Assembly: GCA_016188495.1 (NCBI GenBank)
Contig: JACPHU010000029.1
Span: 11,136-75,135 of the forward strand
Source: Candidatus Uhrbacteria bacterium
GTDB lineage: Bacteria > Patescibacteriota > Patescibacteriia > UBA9934 > GWF2-40-263
DNA length: 64,000 nt
Reading direction: 5' to 3'
Shown here: positions 41,436 through 51,228 of the stretch, piece by piece
Layout of the letters: every line of letters starts with the position of its first letter
Numbering within the stretch: position 1 is the first letter of the stretch
Program-made: the position numbers and the translations under genes
Notes under the pieces: generated by a model
Seen by the model: the letters and a program-made list of their open reading frames with translations, nothing else
Told to the model about the DNA's origin: nothing
Databases searched by the model: none

Positions 41436-42272
41436 ATGAATCGTGAACAAGAACAAAAGGCTAAAGAAGTCATGGGGCACGAAGACGTGTTTAGTGCTCT
41501 TGTTGAGATTTGTAAAAATCGTGAAACAGAATCGGTCGGAAATTATGGATATGAAATCTACATTCCACGAGTTATAGATAAATGGTGTCTAGCAAACATG
41601 GAGCAACTGGGAATCACAAGATGTGATTCAAATGAAACTGAGAAATGGAAAGAGCCTTTGTCTCCATACTTCTACAACGCTGCTTGGGAGCTTTGTCGAT
41701 TGGGTGTCCTTCGACCAGGTGTAACACATCACCATGCACAAGCTACCGATGACGGAAACGCAGGTAATGGATATTCTGTTACGCCATTTGGCGAACAATG
41801 GCTTCAGGAGTCAGGACCAGAATACGTTCCGACAGAACCGGGTCGTTTCGCTACACTTCTTGAACCGTTTGCAAAAGCATTTGGTCCTGGATTTCACGAA
41901 CGAGCCCAACAAGCTATTCGTTGTTACAACGCCCATGCGTATCTTGCCGCCTGTGTTATGTGCGGAGCGGCTGCAGAGTCTATTCTGCTTCAACTCGCCA
42001 TTACGAAGAATGGTGACGAGGGTGCAACACTCAACCTTTATCGTCGATCTGATGGAAGAAAGAAGATCGAGGATTTGATCATTGGCCAGCAGAAGGGTGG
42101 TGTAAAAGCTGACTTCGAAGTGTGCTTCGCTCTTCTGAAGTATTGGCGTGACGAAAGTGCGCATGGTCGAAGGTCTGAAATTGGTGAGGCGGAAGCATTC
42201 ACGTCGCTTGCATTGTTATTGAGAGCCGCACAGTTCGCTCACGATAATTTTCAGATGTTAACGGCTAAATGA
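41436..42272 (+). CDS. HEPN-like (DUF4145-type) protein inserted between hsdM and hsdS
   Basis: C-terminal helical domain ending in KYWRDESAHG (Rx4H HEPN motif). 3-nt gap upstream and 4-nt overlap downstream. Confidence 0.4.
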   Translation: MNREQEQKAKEVMGHEDVFSALVEICKNRETESVGNYGYEIYIPRVIDKWCLANMEQLGITRCDSNETEKWKEPLSPYFYNAAWELCRLGVLRPGVTHHHAQATDDGNAGNGYSVTPFGEQWLQESGPEYVPTEPGRFATLLEPFAKAFGPGFHERAQQAIRCYNAHAYLAACVMCGAAAESILLQLAITKNGDEGATLNLYRRSDGRKKIEDLIIGQQKGGVKADFEVCFALLKYWRDESAHGRRSEIGEAEAFTSLALLLRAAQFAHDNFQMLTAK

Positions 42273-43603
42273 ATATGAAATACGCATTACGAGACAAAAA
42301 AGAGATGAAAGATACAGACCTCACGGGCATCAATTGGATCCCGCGTGGCTGGTCGGTCTTGAAACTAAAACAGTTGACCGATCGACCCTTCCAATATGGT
42401 CTAAACGAATCGGCTATTGATAATGTAGACGGGGATCCCCGCTACATCAGAATTACAGACATCACAACCAGCGGATCGCTTAGAAAAGATACTGTTAAAA
42501 CAATGTCTTCTGAAAAAGCTCGTGGATATATTTTGCAGGATGGCGATTTATTGTTCGCCCGCTCAGGAGCCACGGCAGGAAAACCTTTCATGTATCGTGA
42601 ATTCGACGGTGTAAGTTGTTTTGCGGGATACTTGATTCGCTTCGTCCCGAATAAAGACAAACTATTTCCCCGTTTCCTAGATTTTGTGTCACAGTCTGCT
42701 TATTACGAGAGCTGGAAAAATAGCATTTTTATTCAGGCGACCATTCAAAACATTAGTGCGGACAAGTATAAAGAATTTCTAATTCCCATTCCTTCAACCG
42801 ACGACCAAAAACGTATTGCTGACTTCCTCGATGAAAAAACGGTGGTGATTGATGAGGTGGTGAAGAAGAAAAAGAAGCAGATTGAACTACTAAAAGAAAA
42901 ACGCGATGCACTTATTACTCAGGCTGTGACGAAGGGTCTTAATTCGAATGTGAAGATGAAAGATTCGGGTGTTGAGTGGATTGGCGAGATTCCAGAGGGG
43001 TGGAATTTAGTTAGACTTCGTAGAGTTGTTTCACTAAATCCTTCAAAGCAAGAGTCTAAACATATTTCAGAAGATAGTGACGTTACATTTCTGCCGATGA
43101 CAAAGGTATCTTCTAAAGGCACATTCGATAAAGAAGTTGTTTCAAAAAAGAATGATGTTGCGACTGGTTTCACCTATTTTCGTAACGGTGATGTTATTAC
43201 TGCCAAGATCACGCCTTGTTTTGAAAACGGAAAAGGAGCGTTGGTAAATGATTTAGTAAATGGCATTGGTTTTGGATCGACTGAATTCACTGTTATTCGG
43301 CCAAGCTCTTCAATTAATGGTACGTATCTGTACTACCTAGTGCATTCAGAGATGTTTAGAAAATCTGGTGGGCCGTGGATGTATGGTTCCGCTGGACAAC
43401 AACGCGTGCCCGACAGGTTCATTAAAGAGTTTCAAGCACCGCTACCATCGATTGAGGAACAGGAGAAAATTGTAATGCAACTGGATAGAGGGCTGAACTT
43501 ACTAGACAGATCAATAAAAACGATTCAAAAATCAATAAAACTAATTCAAGAATACCGTTCGTCGCTCATCTCACATGTGGTGACTGGGAAGATTGTTGTA
43601 TGA
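42269..43603 (+). CDS. hsdS: Type I restriction-modification specificity subunit
   Basis: Two target-recognition domains separated by the conserved central coiled-coil EFLIPIPSTDDQKRIADFLDEKT and a C-terminal repeat of it. Confidence 0.85.
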   Translation: MNMKYALRDKKEMKDTDLTGINWIPRGWSVLKLKQLTDRPFQYGLNESAIDNVDGDPRYIRITDITTSGSLRKDTVKTMSSEKARGYILQDGDLLFARSGATAGKPFMYREFDGVSCFAGYLIRFVPNKDKLFPRFLDFVSQSAYYESWKNSIFIQATIQNISADKYKEFLIPIPSTDDQKRIADFLDEKTVVIDEVVKKKKKQIELLKEKRDALITQAVTKGLNSNVKMKDSGVEWIGEIPEGWNLVRLRRVVSLNPSKQESKHISEDSDVTFLPMTKVSSKGTFDKEVVSKKNDVATGFTYFRNGDVITAKITPCFENGKGALVNDLVNGIGFGSTEFTVIRPSSSINGTYLYYLVHSEMFRKSGGPWMYGSAGQQRVPDRFIKEFQAPLPSIEEQEKIVMQLDRGLNLLDRSIKTIQKSIKLIQEYRSSLISHVVTGKIVV

Positions 43604-44427
43604 AGAACTTTCTTGAAACATATCCTTTGTACAAATGGATTGAATTCCAAGCAACCGAGGATCACGAAAAGTATAAAGATGTAAAAGTCCATCCCCCTGC
43701 AGTCAATTTAGATTGTTCTATATGTGAATCAAAGCAAACATATCGAGTTTATGAAGATGGATCGCTAGCTAATTTTGGTGGACATCACGATAACAACATT
43801 TATCGTCTTGAATATGTTTGCGCAGGATGCAAATCTGCAAATATAGAGTTTTTACTTTTCGTCCATCGGAGTAACGGCCACGATGCAAAGAGCAAGAAAT
43901 ATCTCTACAAAATGAAAATTCAAAAAATTGGTCAGTTTCCTGCTTGGTCCATTAATCCAGACCCGGGGATATCCAAATTGTTAGGTGAGCATGTAGATAC
44001 GTATAAAAAGGGGTTGGTTTGCGAATCTCAAGGTTACGGTATAGGGGCATTTGCGTATTACCGAAGGATCGTCGAAGATAACGTCGAGTCGTTACTGAAT
44101 CAAATCAAAGAATTAGTCGAGGATGAAACTGATGTAGTAAAAGGCATTGAAGAAGTGAAGGCTGAACATAATACAGAGCAAAGAATCAGGATTGCATCGA
44201 CCGTACTTCCAGAGTCGCTACAAGTGGCCGGGAACAATCCTCTTTCGGTAATTTATAGTGCTTTGAGTGAAGGGTTACACGTACAAGATGATGAGACCTG
44301 TCTAAATTTGGCGCACAATATCCGTGAAGCGCTGACATATTTAGTGCATCAAATTAATCTACAAACACAAGGTAAAAGACAATTTACGGAGAGTTTAAAA
44401 CAGATTGTAATCGCTAAAACTAAATAG
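43600..44427 (+). CDS. hypothetical Zn-ribbon protein embedded in the Type I R-M operon
   Basis: CSIC...CAGC Zn-ribbon then about 170-aa helical domain. Translationally coupled (4-nt overlap with hsdS). Confidence 0.45.
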   Translation: MKNFLETYPLYKWIEFQATEDHEKYKDVKVHPPAVNLDCSICESKQTYRVYEDGSLANFGGHHDNNIYRLEYVCAGCKSANIEFLLFVHRSNGHDAKSKKYLYKMKIQKIGQFPAWSINPDPGISKLLGEHVDTYKKGLVCESQGYGIGAFAYYRRIVEDNVESLLNQIKELVEDETDVVKGIEEVKAEHNTEQRIRIASTVLPESLQVAGNNPLSVIYSALSEGLHVQDDETCLNLAHNIREALTYLVHQINLQTQGKRQFTESLKQIVIAKTK

Positions 44428-44428
44428 T

Positions 44429-44689
44429 ATGCCATTGCCAGATAATTATAAAGATCTAATTCTTGAGAAACTCAAGGAAAAAGGTGCGATACCTCTGTGT
44501 GAGATTTGTCAGCACAATGACTGGGCAGTTGTGGATCAGGCTATTAGTGCACCAATTTCAGATTTGACTGGAGGAATGAGGATCCCGCAACCGCAGATCC
44601 CTTGTGCTGGTCTCATTTGCAACAACTGCGGAAATTTAAGACTTTTCGCTCTTGGTGCGTTGGGTATTGATGTTAATCCGAAAAAGTAG
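44429..44689 (+). CDS. small Zn-ribbon protein (86 aa)
   Basis: CEIC...CNNCG. Starts 2 nt after the previous stop. Confidence 0.4.
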   Translation: MPLPDNYKDLILEKLKEKGAIPLCEICQHNDWAVVDQAISAPISDLTGGMRIPQPQIPCAGLICNNCGNLRLFALGALGIDVNPKK

Positions 44690-44692
44690 GAT

Positions 44693-45106
44693 ATGCCTGA
44701 CTATATTCATCATGATCCTGATCGCATTCTCTATTCGTTATCTGAAGATGAACTGGAGAATCTTTCAAATCAAGCACAATCACTTTGGAAGGACGTATGT
44801 CTCGTATCATTTTCGGTTGGGATCCCAACTGTAATTAATGCCATTGCAGAATTAAGTAATCAAGAAACATTTCAAATAACGATAACCATTTTCTTAAATA
44901 TATTGATTGGCATCATGGGGATTGCACTTGGAATAGTTTTTGCTATTGCTTGGCACCGATCACATAAGTCAATTAAAAATGTTATGGATAATATAAAAGC
45001 GAGACCAAAGATTGAATTGAATCCTACTACCTCCAATGTTGGAGCTCTGGAGGATCTCCGAGGAGAACTCAAAAAGATTGCGAATCAGCCTGCAAGATGG
45101 GGGTAA
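44693..45106 (+). CDS. small 2-TM membrane protein (137 aa)
   Basis: Two strong hydrophobic helices (VCLVSFSVGIPTVINAIAEL; ITIFLNILIGIMGIALGIVFAIAW). Starts 4 nt after the previous stop. 10 nt before hsdR. Confidence 0.4.
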   Translation: MPDYIHHDPDRILYSLSEDELENLSNQAQSLWKDVCLVSFSVGIPTVINAIAELSNQETFQITITIFLNILIGIMGIALGIVFAIAWHRSHKSIKNVMDNIKARPKIELNPTTSNVGALEDLRGELKKIANQPARWG

Positions 45107-45115
45107 ATAATATAT

Positions 45116-48070
45116 ATGAAAATCACGAATACGAAAGAAATCGGCTTTGAGGAATATATCGAGAAACAGCTCGTCGAAGTTAATGGATACAAGAAACAGT
45201 CCAATACTGCCTATCAACGGAATCTTTGTTTAGATCCGGAGATGGTCTTGGAGTTTATTAATGTCACTCAGGCTGATGCGTGGGGTGAACTTCTCAAGAT
45301 GCATGGTGAAGATATTAACGAGAAGTTCTTTAAGCGGTTATCGGATGAGGTTCGTGACCGCGGGGTGCTTGATGTTCTTCGGAATGGTTTTGCGGATCAT
45401 GGCGTAAATTTCAAGATGGCATATTATCCTCCCAACTCGGGGATGAATGAGGAGACGATTCGTTTGTTCGAGTCGAACGTACTTAGTGCCATGCGACAGG
45501 TTCACTACAGTGAAAAAGATGTTGATTTGTCTTTGGACACGGTTATTTTCCTCAACGGTCTTCCTATCTTTACTATTGAATTGAAAAACCAGCTCACTGG
45601 TCAAAGTGTTCAAAATGCCATTCGCCAATATCGAACAGATAGAGACCCTAAGGAACCTTTGTTTGTGTTTAAGCGATGTTTGGCGCATTTTGCCGTAGAT
45701 ACTAAGCAGGTCTACATGACGACAAAGCTGGCGGGGCTCAAAACGTATTTCTTGCCATTTAATAAGGGATACAATAGCGGCGCGGGAAATCCTCCAAATG
45801 CAGATGGATACATGACCTCTTATCTTTGGGAAGATATTTGGACAAAGAAAAGCGTGCTCGAGCTCGTAGGGAAATTTATCACGCTGCAAAAAGAAAAAGA
45901 TGTTGACAGTAAAGGGCGTGAGATTATTAAAGAGAAACTCATCTTTCCCCGTTACCATCAACGCGACACGGTTCAGCGTTTGATAGCTGACGCACGTGAT
46001 AATAGTGCCGGACAGAACAATTATCTGATTCAACATAGCGCAGGGAGTGGAAAGAGCAATACGATCGGATGGACGGCACATCGATTGTCTGAACTTTATA
46101 ATGCAGATGACAAAAAGGTGTTTGACACGGTTTTGGTTATTACAGACCGGCGTGTTCTCGATCGGCAATTGCGAGACACTGTTACGCAGTTTGAACAGCG
46201 TGCGGGTGTTGTAAAAGCGATCACGGAAGGATCAAAGGAATTGCAAGAAGCATTGGAGGGCGGTGAGAAAATCATCATCACAACTTTGCAGAAGTTTCCA
46301 TTCATCGTTGACTCCATCGGAAATCTTCCCGGTAAGAACTTTGCGGTCATTATTGACGAAGCGCATTCTTCACAATCCGGAGAAGGTGCCGCAAACTTGC
46401 GGGAAGCTTTGACAACGAATGATTTGAGCGATGCAGAGAAACAGGAGTCAGATGAACCTGAGACGACGGAAGACATGGTGTTGCGCAAGCTTCGCAGTCG
46501 AAAGATTAAGACAGACAACATCAGCTTCTTTGCGTTTACAGCCACACCCAAGCAAAAGACGTTGGAGTTGTTTGGGACAAAAAGCCCAATTGATGGCAAG
46601 TATTATCCATTTAGCCTTTACTCGATGAAGCAGGCTATCGAAGAGCGTTTTATTCTTGATGTGCTGAAGAATTACACAACGTATCAGGCGTATTTTGCTT
46701 TGTTGAAAAAAGTTGAAGACGACCCGGAGTTTGATAAGAAAAAGGCACAAAGACTGCTTATTGGATATGTTGAGAAACATGAGCATGCGATAGCGAAAAA
46801 AGTGGAGATCATGGCCGAGCACTTCAGAGCTCGTATTGCTAAAGAGATACATGGCAAAGCAAAGGCGATGATCGTCACAAAATCTCGGCTGCACGCTGTT
46901 CGTTACAAGCAAGCGATGGATGTCTATCTACGCGAACATAACTATCCGTTCAAGGCATTGGTCGCATTCTCCGGAGTCGTAAAGGATGGTGTGAGTGAAT
47001 ATTCTGAGGGGGGAATGAATGGTGTTTCAGAAAAGCAAACGGCGGAGACATTTAAGCAAGATGATTATCGGTTCTTGATTGTTGCTGAGAAGTTTCAAAC
47101 GGGATTTGATCAGCCGTTGCTAGGTGCTATGTACGTTGATAAAAAGCTCGGAGGAGTGAACGCCGTACAAACATTGAGTCGTTTGAACCGTACGACATCC
47201 GATAAGGAAGAAGTGCTCGTGTTGGATTTTGTGAATGACATGGATGATATCAAGGAAGCGTTCCAGCCATATTACACAACGACTGTTTTGTCGGAGGGTA
47301 CTGACCCAAATATTCTTCATGACTTGGAGCGAGATCTCTATGCCTTTAAGTTATTTACACAGCATGAGGTTGATGGATTTGTACATGAGTTATTTCACAA
47401 TGCATCTCCAGCAACCATTAATGCAATCCTAGATAAGGTTATTGAGCAATACCATGAAGGTCTTCCACAAGAACAGGAGGACTTTCGTAAAAAGTGCACA
47501 GATTTTGTGCGTCGATATGCGTTTGCAGCTCAAATTATTCCATACGAAAGTTCTGAACTTGAAAAGCTATACACATTCACACGTCTTCTCTTGAAAAAGA
47601 TTCCACGTGTAAAAGAAGCTTTGCCAACAGATGTATTGGATAGCGTCGACATGGAATCATATAAGCTCGTACATCGTGGACAGGATGCTATTCGCTTGGA
47701 GGATGAGCTTGGAAAGCTTGATCCAATGCAGAGTGGACAAAAGGGTGAAGATATAAAAGAGCATGACCGTCTCTCAAAAATTATCAATGATATAAACGAC
47801 CGGTTCGGCACAGAGTTTTCTGTTGAAGATGTTGTGATCACAAATCAGCTTGGAGAACGTTTGGTGAATAACCCAATGCTTCAGGGATCAATCAAAAACA
47901 ACACCCGCGATGCCGCGAAGATCAAGTTTGACGAAGTTCTCGGACAAGAGTTGGTTGAAATGTTAAACCGTCATTTCGACTTTTATAAAAAACTCGATAA
48001 AAATCCTGACTTGAAGACCTACTTCGGTGAAAAAATGTTCGATCATGTTGTAAATGCGGTAAAAAAATAA
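45116..48070 (+). CDS. hsdR: Type I restriction enzyme endonuclease/translocase subunit
   Basis: N-terminal PD-(D/E)xK (DTVIFLNGLPIFTIELKNQ). SF2 helicase motifs (AGSGKSNT; DEAH in VIIDEAHSSQ). 984 aa. Confidence 0.9.
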   Translation: MKITNTKEIGFEEYIEKQLVEVNGYKKQSNTAYQRNLCLDPEMVLEFINVTQADAWGELLKMHGEDINEKFFKRLSDEVRDRGVLDVLRNGFADHGVNFKMAYYPPNSGMNEETIRLFESNVLSAMRQVHYSEKDVDLSLDTVIFLNGLPIFTIELKNQLTGQSVQNAIRQYRTDRDPKEPLFVFKRCLAHFAVDTKQVYMTTKLAGLKTYFLPFNKGYNSGAGNPPNADGYMTSYLWEDIWTKKSVLELVGKFITLQKEKDVDSKGREIIKEKLIFPRYHQRDTVQRLIADARDNSAGQNNYLIQHSAGSGKSNTIGWTAHRLSELYNADDKKVFDTVLVITDRRVLDRQLRDTVTQFEQRAGVVKAITEGSKELQEALEGGEKIIITTLQKFPFIVDSIGNLPGKNFAVIIDEAHSSQSGEGAANLREALTTNDLSDAEKQESDEPETTEDMVLRKLRSRKIKTDNISFFAFTATPKQKTLELFGTKSPIDGKYYPFSLYSMKQAIEERFILDVLKNYTTYQAYFALLKKVEDDPEFDKKKAQRLLIGYVEKHEHAIAKKVEIMAEHFRARIAKEIHGKAKAMIVTKSRLHAVRYKQAMDVYLREHNYPFKALVAFSGVVKDGVSEYSEGGMNGVSEKQTAETFKQDDYRFLIVAEKFQTGFDQPLLGAMYVDKKLGGVNAVQTLSRLNRTTSDKEEVLVLDFVNDMDDIKEAFQPYYTTTVLSEGTDPNILHDLERDLYAFKLFTQHEVDGFVHELFHNASPATINAILDKVIEQYHEGLPQEQEDFRKKCTDFVRRYAFAAQIIPYESSELEKLYTFTRLLLKKIPRVKEALPTDVLDSVDMESYKLVHRGQDAIRLEDELGKLDPMQSGQKGEDIKEHDRLSKIINDINDRFGTEFSVEDVVITNQLGERLVNNPMLQGSIKNNTRDAAKIKFDEVLGQELVEMLNRHFDFYKKLDKNPDLKTYFGEKMFDHVVNAVKK

Positions 48071-48082
48071 TAATCAAATATA

Positions 48083-48112
48083 AAAAAACTGTCGTACCCA
48101 CGACGGTTTTTT
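48083..48112. terminator. bidirectional intrinsic terminator
   Basis: aaaaaaa-ctgtcgt-accc-acgacgg-tttttt, 13 nt after the hsdR stop. Confidence 0.65.
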
Positions 48113-48207
48113 ATGTCCACAATGTTACCTACAAGTTACCTACTCCTCCTACTAGGCACCCGGGACAGACGCGGTAATGTGTGGGTCATAAGGAGTAAAC
48201 AATTCTT

Positions 48208-49542
48208 ATGTACGCACAAAACACGAACAACGATCCCGGCAAAGCCATACCAATCCGCTACTGCCTTTACGCGAGAAAATCGTCCGAGGATGACGAACGC
48301 CAGGCATTATCAATCGAGAGTCAGGTTAAGGAGGCACTTGAACTTGCTACGAGAGATGGCTTGAATGTTGTCGAAGTTCGCCGTGAAAGTCATTCTGCGA
48401 AAAGCTCCGGGTCACGCCCGGAGTTTAATCGTTTAATTGGGGACATTCGGGAAAAGAAATTCGACGGAATCCTAACATGGGCGGCGGATCGCATAAGTCG
48501 TAACGCCGGTGATCTTGGAACCGTTATCGATCTCATGGATCAAGGACTGCTTCGAGAAATTCTTACGCATGGCACAAAGTTCACCAACTCACCGAGCGAC
48601 AAGTTCATGCTCATGATGATGTGTGGTCAGGCAAAGCTGGAGAACGATAACAAGGGTGTGAACGTGAAGCGTGGGTTTCGGGCAAAGATCGAGATGGGTT
48701 TTCGACCAAACATGTCACCACTCGGATACCTCCACGATAAATATGCAGAAAAAGGAACATGTAAAATCTTTATGGATCCTGTTCGTGGACCAATTATCAA
48801 AGAAGTATTTCATAAAGTTGCCTACGAAGGTTGGACTGGGCGCAGCGTAAAACGCTGGCTCGATGATGAAATGAAGCTCACGACGCGCAAAGGTAAACAG
48901 GTATCGCTCAGCATGATCTACCGCATGATGGATAATTCGTTCTACACGGGTCGCTACGAGTTCCCGCAAGGAAGTGGAAAATGGTACGACGGTAAGCACG
49001 AGGCACTCATCACGAAGGATATATTTGATCGTGTGCAAGAAGTCATGAAATGCGCTCCGAAGGCGTTACCGGGAACTCACGAATTCGCCTTCACAAGAGT
49101 CTTCAAGTGCGGTGAGTGTGGATCCGGTATCAGCGCAGACCAAAAAGTGAAACGACTGAAAGACGGAACGACAAAACGATACGTCTACTATGGATGTATG
49201 AAGCGTTGGATGACAGGATGCAAACAGCCGTACATTCGCGAGGAGGAGTTGCTCGACCAGCTCTACAAAATCATCGATAAGGTAAACATCAATGAACTTG
49301 CAGCTATCGAGCGAATCAAACAAGAAATTGAGCGACTGACGAAGATGATCTCAAGCCTCGGCGGTCACATCGCGACCGCAAAAGTCGCCGAAATCATGCC
49401 GGACATCGATGTCTACGCTTGCGCGAAATACATCTTGAAAGAAGGCACCAAAGACGAGAAACGTGATCTGCTTAATCACATCAATACTGAATTGTTGATC
49501 TCTGACGGAAAGATAAGCTTCAAGGGTAAGGCTAAACGCTAA
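48208..49542 (+). CDS. large serine recombinase (resolvase/invertase catalytic domain + recombinase domain + zinc ribbon)
   Basis: YARKSSEDDERQALSIESQ with catalytic Ser, resolvase fold. CGECGSGISADQ zinc ribbon. AGGAG RBS. Confidence 0.85.
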   Translation: MYAQNTNNDPGKAIPIRYCLYARKSSEDDERQALSIESQVKEALELATRDGLNVVEVRRESHSAKSSGSRPEFNRLIGDIREKKFDGILTWAADRISRNAGDLGTVIDLMDQGLLREILTHGTKFTNSPSDKFMLMMMCGQAKLENDNKGVNVKRGFRAKIEMGFRPNMSPLGYLHDKYAEKGTCKIFMDPVRGPIIKEVFHKVAYEGWTGRSVKRWLDDEMKLTTRKGKQVSLSMIYRMMDNSFYTGRYEFPQGSGKWYDGKHEALITKDIFDRVQEVMKCAPKALPGTHEFAFTRVFKCGECGSGISADQKVKRLKDGTTKRYVYYGCMKRWMTGCKQPYIREEELLDQLYKIIDKVNINELAAIERIKQEIERLTKMISSLGGHIATAKVAEIMPDIDVYACAKYILKEGTKDEKRDLLNHINTELLISDGKISFKGKAKR

Positions 49543-49999
49543 GTTCGCTTCTCAGTACCGACGCATAATCAACCCTATCCTCAGGATTAGATTTCTGCGC
49601 CTTCCACAGCTCTTCTGAGAAACGATCTCCTACAAAGCGTGGCACAAGATGGAGATGATAGTGGAATGCGTGTTGGTCGCCAGCGGGTTCGTTGTTTTGA
49701 AGAACAGTTACTCCATCGCATTGTCTGATCGCCTTCATCGTCAGCGTCACCTTTTTTGAAACTTCAAATATCCGATGACCATAATCATCGGGCAACTCAT
49801 AGAGATTTTCGAAATGTTTGATTGGAACAATGAGAGGATGGCCTTCATTCCCTTTAATAGCCTTTGAGCTTATAAATCCCATCACGAGTTCGTCTTTGTA
49901 AAAAATATCCGCCTGTTTAATCCATGTACTCTCATTCTCAACCCCTTCAATCGCAAGGCAGATGGGACATTGGTAATTTTCAGGGGCATGATTATACAT
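49532..49999 (-). CDS. HIT-family (histidine triad) hydrolase
   Basis: HAFHYHLHLVPR histidine-triad motif. Start taken at the Met that abuts the HAD gene stop. Confidence 0.7.
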   Translation of the reverse strand: MYNHAPENYQCPICLAIEGVENESTWIKQADIFYKDELVMGFISSKAIKGNEGHPLIVPIKHFENLYELPDDYGHRIFEVSKKVTLTMKAIRQCDGVTVLQNNEPAGDQHAFHYHLHLVPRFVGDRFSEELWKAQKSNPEDRVDYASVLRSELSV

Positions 50000-50000
50000 A

Positions 50001-50618
50001 TTATTCGGCAAGAAATCGCTTAAAACTTTCGAGGTTGGTGTAAAAATACGTTTCAAAACCTAGCTCTCTCGCCGTTTCAATGTTCTTTTCACCATCGTCG
50101 ACAACGAGGATGTCTTTCTTCGCGATAAGTTCACTAAACGGTGCGTGTGATGCCTGATTTAGGGCATCATAAACGTGCTCGTAATACATCGGATCTTTCT
50201 TAACCGCTCCAATTTGTCCCGAATAAAAAACACGTTCAAAAGGTTTACGATTGCCAAGAAGATTTTGTAAGTATCCTCCACGATACTTTTCTTGATCCGT
50301 CGTCATAAAACAACGAACACCCATATCACAAAACGTCTGTACGCAATCGAGAACCGTCTGATCAATCTGGGTGCCTTTCGTAAACCAGTATTCCATCAAC
50401 TCCTCAACCGTCCCTTTCCAGCCCCATCCAGCGATAACCTTGGAAAGCTCCTCTTTGAGGTCGGCTTTACCGATGGAACACTGCCTAAAAATACCCGTAA
50501 AGAAGGGTTGAAGGATTTCCGTCTTGATTCCGTGATCAATCTCTAGCTGTTCGCTAAACAGGCGAGATGACTTGAGTACTACGCCATCGGCATCCCAAAA
50601 AATTGCTTTATAGCCCAT
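50001..50618 (-). CDS. HAD-superfamily hydrolase (subfamily IA-like)
   Basis: Motif I IFWDADGVV. 205 aa. Confidence 0.7.
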   Translation of the reverse strand: MGYKAIFWDADGVVLKSSRLFSEQLEIDHGIKTEILQPFFTGIFRQCSIGKADLKEELSKVIAGWGWKGTVEELMEYWFTKGTQIDQTVLDCVQTFCDMGVRCFMTTDQEKYRGGYLQNLLGNRKPFERVFYSGQIGAVKKDPMYYEHVYDALNQASHAPFSELIAKKDILVVDDGEKNIETARELGFETYFYTNLESFKRFLAE

Positions 50619-51228
50619 AGATATTTTCTGTTCGGTATTCCTTGTCGGTTAATCTCACGAACGTCAATTGTTCGCCGTACTGTTTAATAATCTTGTCATG
50701 CTCCGCCGAAAACTGTTCAACCTGGTCATGAGGCAACACGACATAATCAACAAGACGAAGACACGACGGATTCGTTAGGACGAAATCCTTCGGCAACTCT
50801 GCAAGATCTTCGGTCACAAAAGGCTCAACTGTCGGACCAGCAAGAATCGATCCCGCACTTGAACCAATGTACATTTTTTCATTTCCAAGAAGTCTCCTGA
50901 CTACGGATGAAAAACCGGAGACATGGGCTTGTTCGACAAGATAAGTTGTGTTGCCACCGGCGACGAAAATAATATCGTGGTTGGATAGCTCTTTTTCAAG
51001 CGATTCCGCTGACCCACCCTTTAAATCGATATCCGTTACGTTGTATCCAAGTTCGACGAGAGCTTTTCGATCCGCGTCGATCCATGGCCGTTCTGGATAC
51101 GGATTACCAGCCGTTGGGATAAAGGCAACCGATGCCGCTTTTGGTAGCAGGGATTTTTCTCGAAGCTCTCCAGCGACGGTATTGAAGCTGGAAGTGAGAA
51201 TGAGATTGTATTTCGGACTATCGCTCAT
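50608..51228 (-). CDS. pepE: peptidase E / S51-family (class I glutamine-amidotransferase-like) dipeptidase
   Basis: FVAGGNT and GSSAGS motifs at S51 positions. Confidence 0.7.
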   Translation of the reverse strand: MSDSPKYNLILTSSFNTVAGELREKSLLPKAASVAFIPTAGNPYPERPWIDADRKALVELGYNVTDIDLKGGSAESLEKELSNHDIIFVAGGNTTYLVEQAHVSGFSSVVRRLLGNEKMYIGSSAGSILAGPTVEPFVTEDLAELPKDFVLTNPSCLRLVDYVVLPHDQVEQFSAEHDKIIKQYGEQLTFVRLTDKEYRTENIYGL

